A program made the position numbers and the translations under genes. This document shows positions 9,368 to 19,785 of a stretch of 64,000 bases of DNA, piece after piece (positions within the stretch are counted from its first letter, which is position 1; each line of letters opens with the position of its first letter). A model generated the notes under the pieces. The model saw only the letters and a list, made by a program, of their open reading frames with translations. It was not told where the DNA came from and did not search any database. Origin of the DNA: Candidatus Latescibacterota bacterium (GTDB lineage: Bacteria > Latescibacterota > UBA2968 > UBA8231). Where the stretch lies: the NCBI GenBank assembly GCA_963422735.1, contig OY730476.1, positions 3,712,001 through 3,776,000 on the forward strand, given 5' to 3'.

Positions 9368-10843
9368 GCAGGAGACGCCGGTAGTGCCAACCGCAGTACC
9401 TTTTCCTCATCGGCTTCGCCACGGGCAAGGGAGGCTACGATGGCACTTTCGCGCATCACCAGCAAGCGATCCGCCACGCCGAGGGCTTCCGGGAGATCGC
9501 TGAATGCCAACACCACCCCCACCTCGCGGTCAGCTAGATCGCGGGTGATGGCATATATCTCGCTTTTGGCACCAACGTCCACGCCGCGAGTAGGTTCGTC
9601 GAGAAGCAGCACGGTGACGGCCTCGGACAGCCACCGTGCGAGAATGGTTTTTTGCTGATTTCCGCCGGACAAGTTGACGATCTTCTGTGCCATTGACGGG
9701 GTGCGGATCCCGAGCCGTTCGATCTGGTCTTGGGCGTTGCGTTTTTCCCAAGCATCGTCGACGACAAAACCTAGCCGAGCGACCAGGTTCAGGTTCTCAA
9801 GTAAGGACGCCGTGGGCACGAGGCCGTCCTTTTTGCGGTCTTCTGGGCAAAAGGCCACGCCGGAGCGAATCAAGTCGTTTGGAGAAGAGATCGAGACTTG
9901 CCGATCGCACACTTTCACCACGCCGGCCTGTATTGGTTCCGCGCCAAACACCAAGCGCAGCAACTCGCTGCGGCCCGCGCCGATCAACCCAAATGGGCCG
10001 ACGACCTCGCCTTTTGCGACGGTGAAAGAGGCCGGCCTCGAAAGCCCCGGACCCTTCACCCCGACAACTTCGAGTGCGGTCTCTTTCTGTGTGCTAGGGC
10101 GGTAGTCGAAGACATCTTCGATGTCGCGGCCGATCATGCGGTTGACCAGTAGGTCATGGGAGACTCCTTCCAAAGAGGGAAACGTCTCAACATGGCGACC
10201 ATCCCGGAGGACTGTCGCGGAGTCTCACACGCGAAACAGTTCGTCCATGCGGTGGCTGACGTAGAGCACGGCACAGCCATTGCACTTGAGTTCCGCCACG
10301 GTCGCAAAGAGGCGTTCCACTTCTCGGGCAGAAAGGCTGCTAGTGGGTTCGTCTAAGACCAACACCCGTGCGCCACGAGTCAGGGCTTTGGCGATCTCGA
10401 CCATCTGCCGTTGTGCGATGGGAAGGCGACCGACTTTGACGGCGGGGTTGATGGCCTCACCCAAACGTTCTAGGGCGCGGTGCGCGGCTTCGCGCAGACG
10501 CAGGCGGTCCACGACCCCCAGTCTTGCGGGGAGATGGCCAAGGTAGAGATTTTCGGCCACGGACATTTCGGGGGTGAGCTGGAGTTCCTGATAGATGACG
10601 GCGACGCCGGCGTCCAAGGCCTCCAAGGTCGAACAAAAAACTCGTTCTCGTCCATCCAGAACCACGCTTCCAGCATCTGGCGAGTGGACGCCGCTCAAGA
10701 CCTTCAGCAGCGTGGACTTCCCCGCCCCGTTTTCGCCGATTAGGGCTCTGACTTCACCTGGGCGAACCACGGATTCCTCGGAATGTCTTCGAGACGCTGT
10801 GGAACCCAACCGCTGGGAGAGACGAGGGTTCCAAGACCGGCAC
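9364..10843 (-). pseudogene. araG: L-arabinose ABC ATPase, frameshifted
   Basis: [34 protein letters not shown] spread over several frames. Confidence 0.8.
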
Positions 10844-10849
10844 GGCGAC

Positions 10850-11782
10850 CTACTCAAGACCCAGCTTTGTCTGGACTTCTTTGTAGTCATCTCGGTAGGC
10901 CATGACGCCTGCCGTGCGCGTGTCGGCGGCTCCTTGACCCACCTGTGGAGCAGTTCCGTCGTTTCGTACCCATGACGGCGGGGGCTAATCATACAGGTCG
11001 CGAAATACCCTGTCGGTTCCTCCTTCTCGAACTCGGTTAGCCCCGTACCAGCGCGCCGATACCGATGGTCTCCGCCGCGCCAAACCCGCGACCCTCCAGG
11101 GTGCGCACCGCGCCAAGGACCCCTTCGTCATTGATCGAGAACACCAACCAGCGTTTGATCTCCGGGTACTTGGTCAGGACGATGTTGGCAGCATCAAACG
11201 CTCCTGAGATGTAGGTAGTCTTCTCCGCCCCCAGTGTAGATGCGTTCCTGTGGAAAGCCAGCCTCGACCAGAGCTTCTATTGTTCCATCGGTGCGGTCAC
11301 GAGGGGTGTCGAGTTCGTCGAACGTGATTTTGAGAGTGCCCGTTTCCTCCAACGACCAGCCGCAGTTGGTGAACTCCTTGTGGAGTTCCCGTCCCACTTG
11401 GCGACCGGTTTCCTTGGCTGAAATGCTCATGTAAGGGACATCCATGAACTCGCCGTCCGCACCGACGAACTGATCGTCCACAGTGAACACTTTCATGTTA
11501 TGGCTGCCGGCTTTGGCCATCACGGCTGAGCCCCGTGCTCCCTTGGCCGCGAGGAGTTTTCCCCCGTCCGGAAGCCAATTTTTATCAGCTCAAACCCGTA
11601 CTTGTCGGCGCACTGCTGGGCGAATCTCCATTCCTTCTGGAACCATAGTTCCTCCGGCATTTTCACCAGAAACCCCAGCCGGATCTCTTCCTCGGCCGGC
11701 GGCGCGGAACCGGTTTCGGAAGATTCAGCGGTCTGCGGCCCACACCCGTTACTTGCGACCAAGGCGATAGGTCCGATTTCAT
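10850..11782 (-). pseudogene. araF: L-arabinose-binding protein, fragmented
   Basis: [49 protein letters not shown] in different frames. Confidence 0.75.
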
Positions 11783-11880
11783 GTGGGAGTCCCTCTGTTT
11801 ACACCGTTAGCCGCCGGGAAGGTCGGACAGGTCGCATCGTCAATGGCCTATCGGCATTCGTGGAGTGCAATGATGGTCGT

Positions 11881-13104
11881 TCAGCGATCATGCGATTCTT
11901 CCGCGTGCTGTAGTAGTATCTGGACAGATCTGAGGTTGTCGGCGAACGTTTGGTTTGAGGAGTCTAATTCGACTGCGCGTTCGAAGGCCTCCATGGCCCC
12001 GGTCCTATTCCCCGCGAGCAGTCTGACGGTGCCGATCCCATTGTGGGCGAAAGCGTAGGTGGAGTTGGTGCGCAACGCTGCTCGATAGGCCCGGGCAGCC
12101 TCTTCGGGTCGATTCTGCTGCAGTAGGAGGTTTCCCAAGTTGTTGTGGGCGGCGGCAAATTCGGCATCTCGTGAGATAGCCTGTCGATAGAGCTGAATCG
12201 CTTTGTCCGTCTCACCCCGTCTCGAATACAGGCGAGCCAGTGCCTGATAGAGAGTCGGATCGGTGGGATCGTGGCGGATCGCCTCGCGGTACTTGGCGAT
12301 GTCCGTGTCGATCGATCTGAGCATCTCGAACCGACCCAACATCATTTGCCCACTCTCCTTCTGCCCCAGCCGCATCAGACAGTTGGCCAGATCGAAGTGC
12401 GCCTTCGCGTGGTACGCGTTGAGCTGAATGGCCGTCTCGAGATGCCGGCGCGCACTCGCGAAGTCCTTGGCAGCAAGCTGTAGCCCACCTAGGTGTGCCC
12501 AAGTGTCTGCGTGGGTCGAGTCAATCTGCAGCGTTCTCCGCAGAAGCACTTCGGCCGCGTCCCGTCGCCCCTGCTTTCCCAGCAGGTAGCCCAGCAGGTT
12601 GCGCGCCTCCACGTCGTCGGGACGGATCCCCACTGCAATCTCCAGCGCTTCGATGGCCCCTCTGTAGTTGCCTCGCCGTTCCCGCAGTTGTGCCAAAGCC
12701 TTGTGAGCGGGCTGATATCCACTATCGGCCTCGATCGCACGCACCATCAGTTCTTCCGCCTCTTCGTGCCGTCCCGCCGCTGAGCGCACAGAGGCGAGGT
12801 TGTAATAGGCTGCCGCGTACTCGGGCTTGAGGGATATCGCTTGTTGGTACGACGCAGCGGCTTGGTCGAGACGGCCCTGCCGCGCTAGATTGTTGCCGAG
12901 ATCGTAGTGGATGACCGGATCCCGTGAATATAGCTGTACCGCGCGTCGCAGCAGTAGGATCGCTTCGGCGGATTCACCGCGAGCCGAGTGCTCGAGCGCG
13001 CTGTCGAGGAGGGCTCGAGCGGCTTCTTGCTGCCGAACCGCCTGTTTCTCGGGCGCAGGCCCCTCGCAAGCACTCAGTAGGAAGAAGACGAGAACAGCGG
13101 GCAT
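11881..13104 (-). CDS. TPR-repeat lipoprotein
   Basis: Lipobox LSAC; many TPR repeats (AYYNLA, AHNNLG). Confidence 0.85.
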   Translation of the reverse strand: MPAVLVFFLLSACEGPAPEKQAVRQQEAARALLDSALEHSARGESAEAILLLRRAVQLYSRDPVIHYDLGNNLARQGRLDQAAASYQQAISLKPEYAAAYYNLASVRSAAGRHEEAEELMVRAIEADSGYQPAHKALAQLRERRGNYRGAIEALEIAVGIRPDDVEARNLLGYLLGKQGRRDAAEVLLRRTLQIDSTHADTWAHLGGLQLAAKDFASARRHLETAIQLNAYHAKAHFDLANCLMRLGQKESGQMMLGRFEMLRSIDTDIAKYREAIRHDPTDPTLYQALARLYSRRGETDKAIQLYRQAISRDAEFAAAHNNLGNLLLQQNRPEEAARAYRAALRTNSTYAFAHNGIGTVRLLAGNRTGAMEAFERAVELDSSNQTFADNLRSVQILLQHAEESHDR

Positions 13105-13128
13105 GACACTCGCAGATCCAGGTACGCT

Positions 13129-14733
13129 TCAATTCCGGGCATCCTCTTCGCGATCCCCCCAATCGGTCAGTACGGATCCTAGCGCGTCTTCATGGACCAC
13201 GATCTCGTCGGCGAAGTCCACGCGGAGTTGGACGAGCAACGAGTCCATTCTCTGATGCTCGATACGCAGACGGAGGATCACTTCAATATTCCGTTTCACC
13301 ACCTCATAAGGTCGCGTTGGGGTCTGACTTTTTTCGGCGATACGCAGAACGGAATACCCGCCAGGTACTTCGAGGGGCCCTAGGAGCGCACCCACTTCCG
13401 CATCGAGAGCGAGAGGCGCGAGAGCCCCTAGGAGCGGATTGTCTCTCGTGACGAGCCACATCGACCCGCCTCTTTTCTTCGTCACCTCGCGAATGCTGTG
13501 TACCCGTGCTAGGGAGTCGATGGGGGCACCCGCTTCTGCTTGGCCGCGGAGTCGTTGCGCCAGAGTAAGGTCAGCGATGAGTACCTCATCAACGCGAACC
13601 GTCGGGCGTGGACCATACAACTCAGGGTGTTCCTCGTAGTACGCCCGTTTCTCGGCATCCGATATCTCAATACGTCCGACGACGACCCGACGGAGGCTGT
13701 CGATCATCATTTCTTCCCTCAGTGCATCGACCTGATCGCGCACCACGGGTTGACGGGCCATGCCGCGACGCTTGGCCTCCTCGACGACCAGTCGATCCCG
13801 GGCCTTCGTGCGCAACCAGCTCTGAGGATCGGCCGCGGCGGTGGCCAAGTCGACGTCGGATGACAGTAGCTGACCGCCCGTCCAGGTACAGAGAGGGTCC
13901 GACGCTGGACGGGTGCCGGCCAGTGGCTCACAGACTAGGCCATTTGCATCAACCAAGCTGTCGGCGAAGGTCTCAAAGACGCGAGTCCTCTCGCGTACGC
14001 GGAACTCCTCGATCACAACATCCCACTGGCTCGCAATGTCGGCGGGGCGGCGATCGACAAGGCGAAACACGTGAACCCCGTAGCGGGAGGTCAGAGGTTC
14101 CGGGTAGGTTTGACCAGGCTCCAGAGACAGCACTTGCTCCCTGACCTCCGGGAGCACTTGAGATATAGACATGTAGCTAAAGTAGCCCCCCAATCCCCCT
14201 GTCTCGTGGTGGATCGAACGTTCGACAGCAAGCACATCCATCGGCTCTCCCGCATCGAGAGCCTCGAGGACTCTCCACGCATCGGCCTCATTCGCCAGCA
14301 TCACGTGCTGGAGCAGCACCTCTTCGGTGAACCCTTCTTCAATGGCGAAGGTCTGGATGCCTGACGTATCGAGCCCCGCGTCAACAGCGACCGCGTTGAA
14401 CAAGGCGCGCCAGAGGAGCTTGCTCTGGTGCTGCTCAATGGCAACTGCGATTCTCGGCGCTGCGTCCAGCTTCCTGCGTTGTCCATCCATCACCAGAAGT
14501 TGTCTGTCTATCATCGCATCCAGTAGCTGACGTCTCGTGTCGAGACGGGCGGGGTCTTTGCCGCGATGGGAAGAAGCGAGAAGCTTCGTCGCCATCTCGC
14601 TGTATGCCTCGACATCGATCGTATCCCGGCCGATGATGGCGACGATGGGCTTCGGCTCGTATTGTTCGGTCTGTTCGCAGGCCAGCAGTCCCGTTATCAG
14701 CAAGATAACGGTGCGCGACAAGATTCTCATCAT
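13129..14733 (-). CDS. PpiC/SurA-like peptidyl-prolyl isomerase lipoprotein (two parvulin domains)
   Basis: Lipobox LLAC; LAVERS..GG..., SRYGVHVF; LARVHS..RGG..., GGYSVLRI; ATGA overlap with upstream stop. Confidence 0.8.
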   Translation of the reverse strand: MMRILSRTVILLITGLLACEQTEQYEPKPIVAIIGRDTIDVEAYSEMATKLLASSHRGKDPARLDTRRQLLDAMIDRQLLVMDGQRRKLDAAPRIAVAIEQHQSKLLWRALFNAVAVDAGLDTSGIQTFAIEEGFTEEVLLQHVMLANEADAWRVLEALDAGEPMDVLAVERSIHHETGGLGGYFSYMSISQVLPEVREQVLSLEPGQTYPEPLTSRYGVHVFRLVDRRPADIASQWDVVIEEFRVRERTRVFETFADSLVDANGLVCEPLAGTRPASDPLCTWTGGQLLSSDVDLATAAADPQSWLRTKARDRLVVEEAKRRGMARQPVVRDQVDALREEMMIDSLRRVVVGRIEISDAEKRAYYEEHPELYGPRPTVRVDEVLIADLTLAQRLRGQAEAGAPIDSLARVHSIREVTKKRGGSMWLVTRDNPLLGALAPLALDAEVGALLGPLEVPGGYSVLRIAEKSQTPTRPYEVVKRNIEVILRLRIEHQRMDSLLVQLRVDFADEIVVHEDALGSVLTDWGDREEDARN

Positions 14734-17369
14734 TGACCGATTCCGAGACCCGCAAACACGTCCACGAAGATCATCGTGTTCGTGTCGGCATCTTCTCCAC
14801 GAACGCTGCGTCGAGTCCACCGTATGCCGATGTTCGCGGTCAGCTCGTAGCCCAGATACGCCGCCTGATTGGAAAACTGCGATGCCAGAGTTAAGCGACT
14901 GAAGTCGTCTTGGTAGTCAACGGCGCCGCCCTCAGGGCGGCTCTTCAGGTTATTGAAAAGTTCGTATTCGGTGCCAAGACCGAGAGTCAGCTTCGGGGAG
15001 ATGCTGTAGCTGACGAGAAAGAAGAAGAGCTCTGCAAGGTCGCGCGTGCTGCGCTCACGTGGGTTGGTCGGCGTGCGAGAAGAAAACTGCTGCTTCCACT
15101 GAGGCCACAAAAGCACAGTCTGTGTTGCCCAGAATTGGCGGTCCGCCTTGTTGATTAGACCCAAGAATCGCTCATCCCGCGTTCCCTGCGCCGCATCCCC
15201 CTGCTGATTGTAGGCGTCGTACTTGAGCTTCGTCTGCGTCGCAACGAACGGACTCCAATCTACCTGAAGGTAGAGGGTGTTGATGAAGGTATCCTGCGCG
15301 ATCAACGGATCGCTAAAATCCTGCAGCGTACCGGTAGAGAAGGCCGGCTGTACCCACTGAATGAGATTGTCGGGGATGTCATCCTTGACTTTGCGGGCGA
15401 ACTCCATCAGCTGGATCGACAGATTGCGCTGCGGATATTCCTTCTTCAGCGTCAGCAGACCGTATGTGGAGGCCGCCCGGCGGTCGCTGGAGTGCTGTTC
15501 CGTCCGCGAGCGCCCCACCATGAGGCGACTGTTCGGCATCAGTTCGACACCGGCGTAGAGGTTGTATCCCTTGCTGTCCCGCTTGTACGGGTAATCCGGT
15601 TCCGTGTCGTTCTCGAAGCGGTCGATGATGGTATTGTTGTTCATGTCCGTGCCGAACAGGTATTCGGGTGGATCGACGTGGTAGCGGAAGAACGGCTCGC
15701 TGTAATCGGGCTGGTTGTTCTGATTCTGATTGAAGTCGGAGATGAAGTCCTGGTTCTCATCGAGGCCCGGAAACACCTCCCGGTCGGGGAATTGATTCTG
15801 GTTTGGAAACAGGGCACTCAGATTCGCGCTACGGCGAATCCAGTCCGGGAAGCGATCCTGATCGTCGTTATCGTCGATGAGTTCGTAGAGATAGGTCTCC
15901 TCGTTCTCGTAATCGACGAAGCCTTGCGAGTCGGGGATGAACATAGACGTCGAGTACCTAGGCTCGATGCTGAAAAACTCCCCGTATCCGAAGAAGGGGT
16001 ACGCAATCTGCGATGCCGTAGCGTAGTAAGCCTCGGACTCGTCGTGAGCGAGGGCCTGATTGCTGCGGATGGTCTGATTGGGGAACCGTCGATTGCGCCG
16101 ATTGCTCACGTACTCAGATCGGAGGTTAAAGCCCCCCACATCGCTGATTACCAGATTCACCCCTCGCAGCTCGTTGCTCGAAGGGATCCCGTACTGAAAG
16201 CGGATGAATCGCTGGTTGGAGGCATCCGTGACGTTGCCCTCTGCTTCGGCGACGGGTAGGAAGGCGGGCTCTAGCGTCGCGTTGGTCTGCAAATTCGATG
16301 CGACTTCTATGAGATAGTCGTTGGCCACGACCAGTCCCACCTCGATTCGCTCGATCTCCCGGAAATCAGTGATCTCCTCATCGGGCCCCGGCCGGAAATC
16401 GGTCTCAATGTTATACGTCAGGGTGACCGTATTGGAACCACTGGCCTCTAGCAGGCCCTCGCGCGCGACACCCCCTTCGATGATCGGGTCGATCTCGGGA
16501 TGCTCGACGCCGTCGATGAAGAGCTGCTCACGGAGCAGCAGTGCGCCGCCAACGCCATCCTCCGGAGAGTCGTCTGACAGTCGCACGATCAGCCGCTGGA
16601 CATTTCCCGCATTCAGGCGACCGCCGAGGACGCCACGCAGCGAATTTTCGTCGAGAGAGAGCGTCGAATTCTGGTGAAAGGTCGTCAGATATCTCCCGCC
16701 CAAGGTTGCGAAATCGCCAACGGCGACGCTTCCGTTCAGGCCGAGTAACTGAGTGAAGGTCGTTTGCCGCGCCGGGCCTTGGTCAACAGCGACGGCCACG
16801 CGCCCGGGCGAATCTGCCCGCGCCGCCAAGACGCTTACTCCGTATTTATCGGTCTGGAAGTCCCACTGCAGACCGTCGAACAGGGGCTTGGAGAAGGTGA
16901 GCGGCGTCATCGTGGTGCGAATGCCCTCGCCGATGGTCAGGGAGGTGTGGAACTGCCCCTTGGCCCCGGAGACCACGATGAGACGATTGAACCACTGGCT
17001 GAAGTTGGGATCTTTCCAGATTCCGCTACCGAAATCTCGCGGATACTCATTCGTGAAGTTGTAGATGTTCCAGCCCTTGGTGAAGTAATTGCCGTAGAGG
17101 TCGTAGTAGCGGTCGCCTTCGAGCTCGGTTCTCACATATCGCCGGTACTGGTCTCGAGCATAGTTGGTGTAAGGACTCCCCTGCCATCCGTATAGTGAGT
17201 AGAGCGCTTGGGGCAGATACCACTTCCGCAAAGTTGGAACCAGTGTTTCAGGACTGATTCGGGCCCCTTCAGTAATGTAGGGATTGAACAGACCGACTTC
17301 GACTGCTCCGCTTGGCATCACCTGTAGCAGCAGGACGGCTATCATGGAGCCGACCCAGTTGCGCTTCAT
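14730..17369 (-). CDS. 879-aa secreted protein, probable outer-membrane beta-barrel with Asp/Asn-rich Ca-binding-like insert
   Basis: Signal peptide, alternating aromatic beta-strands in the C-terminal third, terminal IFVDVFAGL; family not recognised. Confidence 0.55.
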   Translation of the reverse strand: MKRNWVGSMIAVLLLQVMPSGAVEVGLFNPYITEGARISPETLVPTLRKWYLPQALYSLYGWQGSPYTNYARDQYRRYVRTELEGDRYYDLYGNYFTKGWNIYNFTNEYPRDFGSGIWKDPNFSQWFNRLIVVSGAKGQFHTSLTIGEGIRTTMTPLTFSKPLFDGLQWDFQTDKYGVSVLAARADSPGRVAVAVDQGPARQTTFTQLLGLNGSVAVGDFATLGGRYLTTFHQNSTLSLDENSLRGVLGGRLNAGNVQRLIVRLSDDSPEDGVGGALLLREQLFIDGVEHPEIDPIIEGGVAREGLLEASGSNTVTLTYNIETDFRPGPDEEITDFREIERIEVGLVVANDYLIEVASNLQTNATLEPAFLPVAEAEGNVTDASNQRFIRFQYGIPSSNELRGVNLVISDVGGFNLRSEYVSNRRNRRFPNQTIRSNQALAHDESEAYYATASQIAYPFFGYGEFFSIEPRYSTSMFIPDSQGFVDYENEETYLYELIDDNDDQDRFPDWIRRSANLSALFPNQNQFPDREVFPGLDENQDFISDFNQNQNNQPDYSEPFFRYHVDPPEYLFGTDMNNNTIIDRFENDTEPDYPYKRDSKGYNLYAGVELMPNSRLMVGRSRTEQHSSDRRAASTYGLLTLKKEYPQRNLSIQLMEFARKVKDDIPDNLIQWVQPAFSTGTLQDFSDPLIAQDTFINTLYLQVDWSPFVATQTKLKYDAYNQQGDAAQGTRDERFLGLINKADRQFWATQTVLLWPQWKQQFSSRTPTNPRERSTRDLAELFFFLVSYSISPKLTLGLGTEYELFNNLKSRPEGGAVDYQDDFSRLTLASQFSNQAAYLGYELTANIGIRWTRRSVRGEDADTNTMIFVDVFAGLGIGQ

Positions 17370-17423
17370 GTCCAGCTCTCCCGCGTTAATTTACCGCCAC
17401 GTGTCATCATTGGATCAACCTTT

Positions 17424-19775
17424 CTAATAGGCTACACTCACCAGCAGGGTTTCGGCCTCCTGCCTTGCATCTGCCGGCACCTCTACGCGGCAGACATAGA
17501 TCCCGGGTGGCGCAGGCTGATCATCTACCATCCCATCCCACACTAGCCGCTGCGTCTCTCCTAGCTGGCCGGCGACGACCCGGAGCAAGTGCCCTGACAA
17601 GTTGTAGAGCCGTAGCTCAGCAGCGACTTTGGTGCGAAACAGATCGAAGGTAATGCGCAAATTGTCGTTGATAGCGTCGCCATTCGGCGTAATGACGCGG
17701 CTCGATACAACGAGATTGCGGATAGTACCTCCTGAGGCTGTATTCGGCAAGAAAACGAAGAGGGCCTCTCGGTCGGTGCGATCAAACTCGCCATCGTCGT
17801 CGTCGTCGATATCTGGCGGCCTCACCTCTTGCAAATTATCCGGTTGTGCCGAGTTCGCCACGGATGCAAGGAAGCGGGTGGGATTGTTCAGCGGCCGCGC
17901 CGTGAACATCACCTCCACCGAGTCCCGTAGTACGCGTCGAGGCATGGCGACGACGAGCGTGTCCACGGTGGACTCGACAAAGCTCTCGAGCTCTTCACCA
18001 TTGATGTGCAGCGACACATTCTGCACTTCCCCTGGCACGGGCAGAATCACGCGATCAAAGCCCTGGTCTCTGGCCGTAAAGGTCGGTTGCAGCACGTAGC
18101 GAAAGTCCTGCCACTGGCCAGCGATTGCCTCCCGTGGATAAATCGCGGCCTCAACGCCTTTTTGCACCAGTGCTTCGTCGAAGTGAAGAGTCACTGAGTT
18201 GAGGACCGGAGTGATTTTAGGATCGTCGGTCTCCAGACTCACTCGCATTCGCAATAGCTGTCTAGGGGTGGGCGACCGAAAGGGCTGACCCGACGAAAGG
18301 TGCGGCTCACTCCAACCACTCCAGTCCGCACCCTCCTTGGGGACTTCGACGATCTCACCTCGGACCACTTTGGGCAGCTTGTTGTACTGCGCCTCCGTGA
18401 TCGGTTCCCCGTTCTTCTTGAAGAAGAACTGCTCCACATCGAGCTCATTGCCCGTTCGAGTCTGCACGGTGATTCGAGTCCCCGGGGGGGCGTCGGCATC
18501 CCACGAGATCCCCGTGATGCTCTTGGCCCTCCCGAGGTCGATGAAGTCGGATGTCAATGCTGCTTGTGCCGGGTAGCCAGCAGAATAGATGAATACTTCC
18601 AGCATAATATAGGCAGCATTTCTGTTCTCGATGTCCATGTGGTTCCAGAACAGATAGCGGCCGGCCCGATCTTCTAGCTGATGGTCGAAGATATAGCGTC
18701 TCGGTGCCCGGCTGTTGTCGACGCGCGAAATACGCGTGTAGTCGAACGGGCTGCGGAATGGATCGTCCCGCGCGATCGGCGTCCCGTCTGTTATCTCCAA
18801 GTTGTAGCCGGTGTTGGTACCGCCGATTCCGAATGTCGTTCGACCTAGCTGATTGGGAGGCCACTGGTAGAATACGATCCGACTAATGTGGAAGAGGGCA
18901 CCCAGATCCCATTCGAACCACATCCCGCCGTCCTGCCAGAAGCGATTGAGAGCATTCGAAACCACGGGCCATGCGTTGTCCACAGTACCATCGCGGATTT
19001 CTTCCACTTTTTTGAGTCCCGATCGGATTGCCCCCCCTCGATCGAAGGTCGTCAACGCGATGTTATCGCCGATCGCGGTAACCTCGATCTCCGCCAGCGC
19101 CGCGCCTTCCCCGACCTCGTGGGGAAGGAAGCGGATATAGTGCACGGGCATGAAGTCCAGCAATTTGCCCCTCACCAGATTCTCGCCGGTCGCAATATCA
19201 CTAAAATCTTCAATCGACAAGGGGATGATGATCTCGTCCAGTTCGTTGGGCTCGGTGGTTGTGAAGACGCGCTGGAATCGCCAGACATCCGCGGACGAAG
19301 ACACCGTGGAACCTTCGCTGACAAAAACTGAGAAATCCCGGAAGGGGCGTACGTCGAGGGTGTCCGGGAAGACCAAGCGGATCTCCTTCAGCAGGACGAG
19401 GCGACCCAGGTCGATGTGTAGCCACGCATTGTCGGGATCGGCACCGGCATCGGGCTGCCACCACGTGTCGTGGTCGTTATCGGCGAGAAACCGAGCGTCG
19501 CGGTTGTTCGACTGTGCCGTCAGACCACCGAAGACCTCTCCACTTTTCCGGGTGGGATGTGAGAACAGCGACATGTCATCCATCGGATCGGTGTCCGTTC
19601 CGTACCACCCCAGCTCAACTTGCCCGTCTTGCTGCAACTGAATGGCCCCGACCGGGCTGGTCCACTTCTGCCAATCGCTGCGACGATCAAAGTGAAGCTC
19701 ATCGGCCGCGACGTGACTGGACAGTAGCCATGCGGTCATGGCGATGATGCACAAGCTTGTTTTTGCCATAGTCAT
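17424..19775 (-). CDS. Secreted discoidin-like/Ig protein with TPNGD-FlgD C-terminal domain (paralog 3, two discoidin-like units)
   Basis: DLGRLV..IRL and DLGALF..IVF, WSGWSEP, ITPNGDAIND, PPGIY, ends VAY. Confidence 0.7.
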   Translation of the reverse strand: MTMAKTSLCIIAMTAWLLSSHVAADELHFDRRSDWQKWTSPVGAIQLQQDGQVELGWYGTDTDPMDDMSLFSHPTRKSGEVFGGLTAQSNNRDARFLADNDHDTWWQPDAGADPDNAWLHIDLGRLVLLKEIRLVFPDTLDVRPFRDFSVFVSEGSTVSSSADVWRFQRVFTTTEPNELDEIIIPLSIEDFSDIATGENLVRGKLLDFMPVHYIRFLPHEVGEGAALAEIEVTAIGDNIALTTFDRGGAIRSGLKKVEEIRDGTVDNAWPVVSNALNRFWQDGGMWFEWDLGALFHISRIVFYQWPPNQLGRTTFGIGGTNTGYNLEITDGTPIARDDPFRSPFDYTRISRVDNSRAPRRYIFDHQLEDRAGRYLFWNHMDIENRNAAYIMLEVFIYSAGYPAQAALTSDFIDLGRAKSITGISWDADAPPGTRITVQTRTGNELDVEQFFFKKNGEPITEAQYNKLPKVVRGEIVEVPKEGADWSGWSEPHLSSGQPFRSPTPRQLLRMRVSLETDDPKITPVLNSVTLHFDEALVQKGVEAAIYPREAIAGQWQDFRYVLQPTFTARDQGFDRVILPVPGEVQNVSLHINGEELESFVESTVDTLVVAMPRRVLRDSVEVMFTARPLNNPTRFLASVANSAQPDNLQEVRPPDIDDDDDGEFDRTDREALFVFLPNTASGGTIRNLVVSSRVITPNGDAINDNLRITFDLFRTKVAAELRLYNLSGHLLRVVAGQLGETQRLVWDGMVDDQPAPPGIYVCRVEVPADARQEAETLLVSVAY

Positions 19776-19785
19776 TATACCCCCC

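Noticed and set aside
10989-10998. Operator-like TCATACAGGT
   Set aside because: Half-site inside araF coding remnant (TCMIS) with no promoter context
14730-17369. Calling the 879-aa protein SprA, SusC or BamA
   Set aside because: Far shorter than SprA; no TonB plug or POTRA motifs recognised
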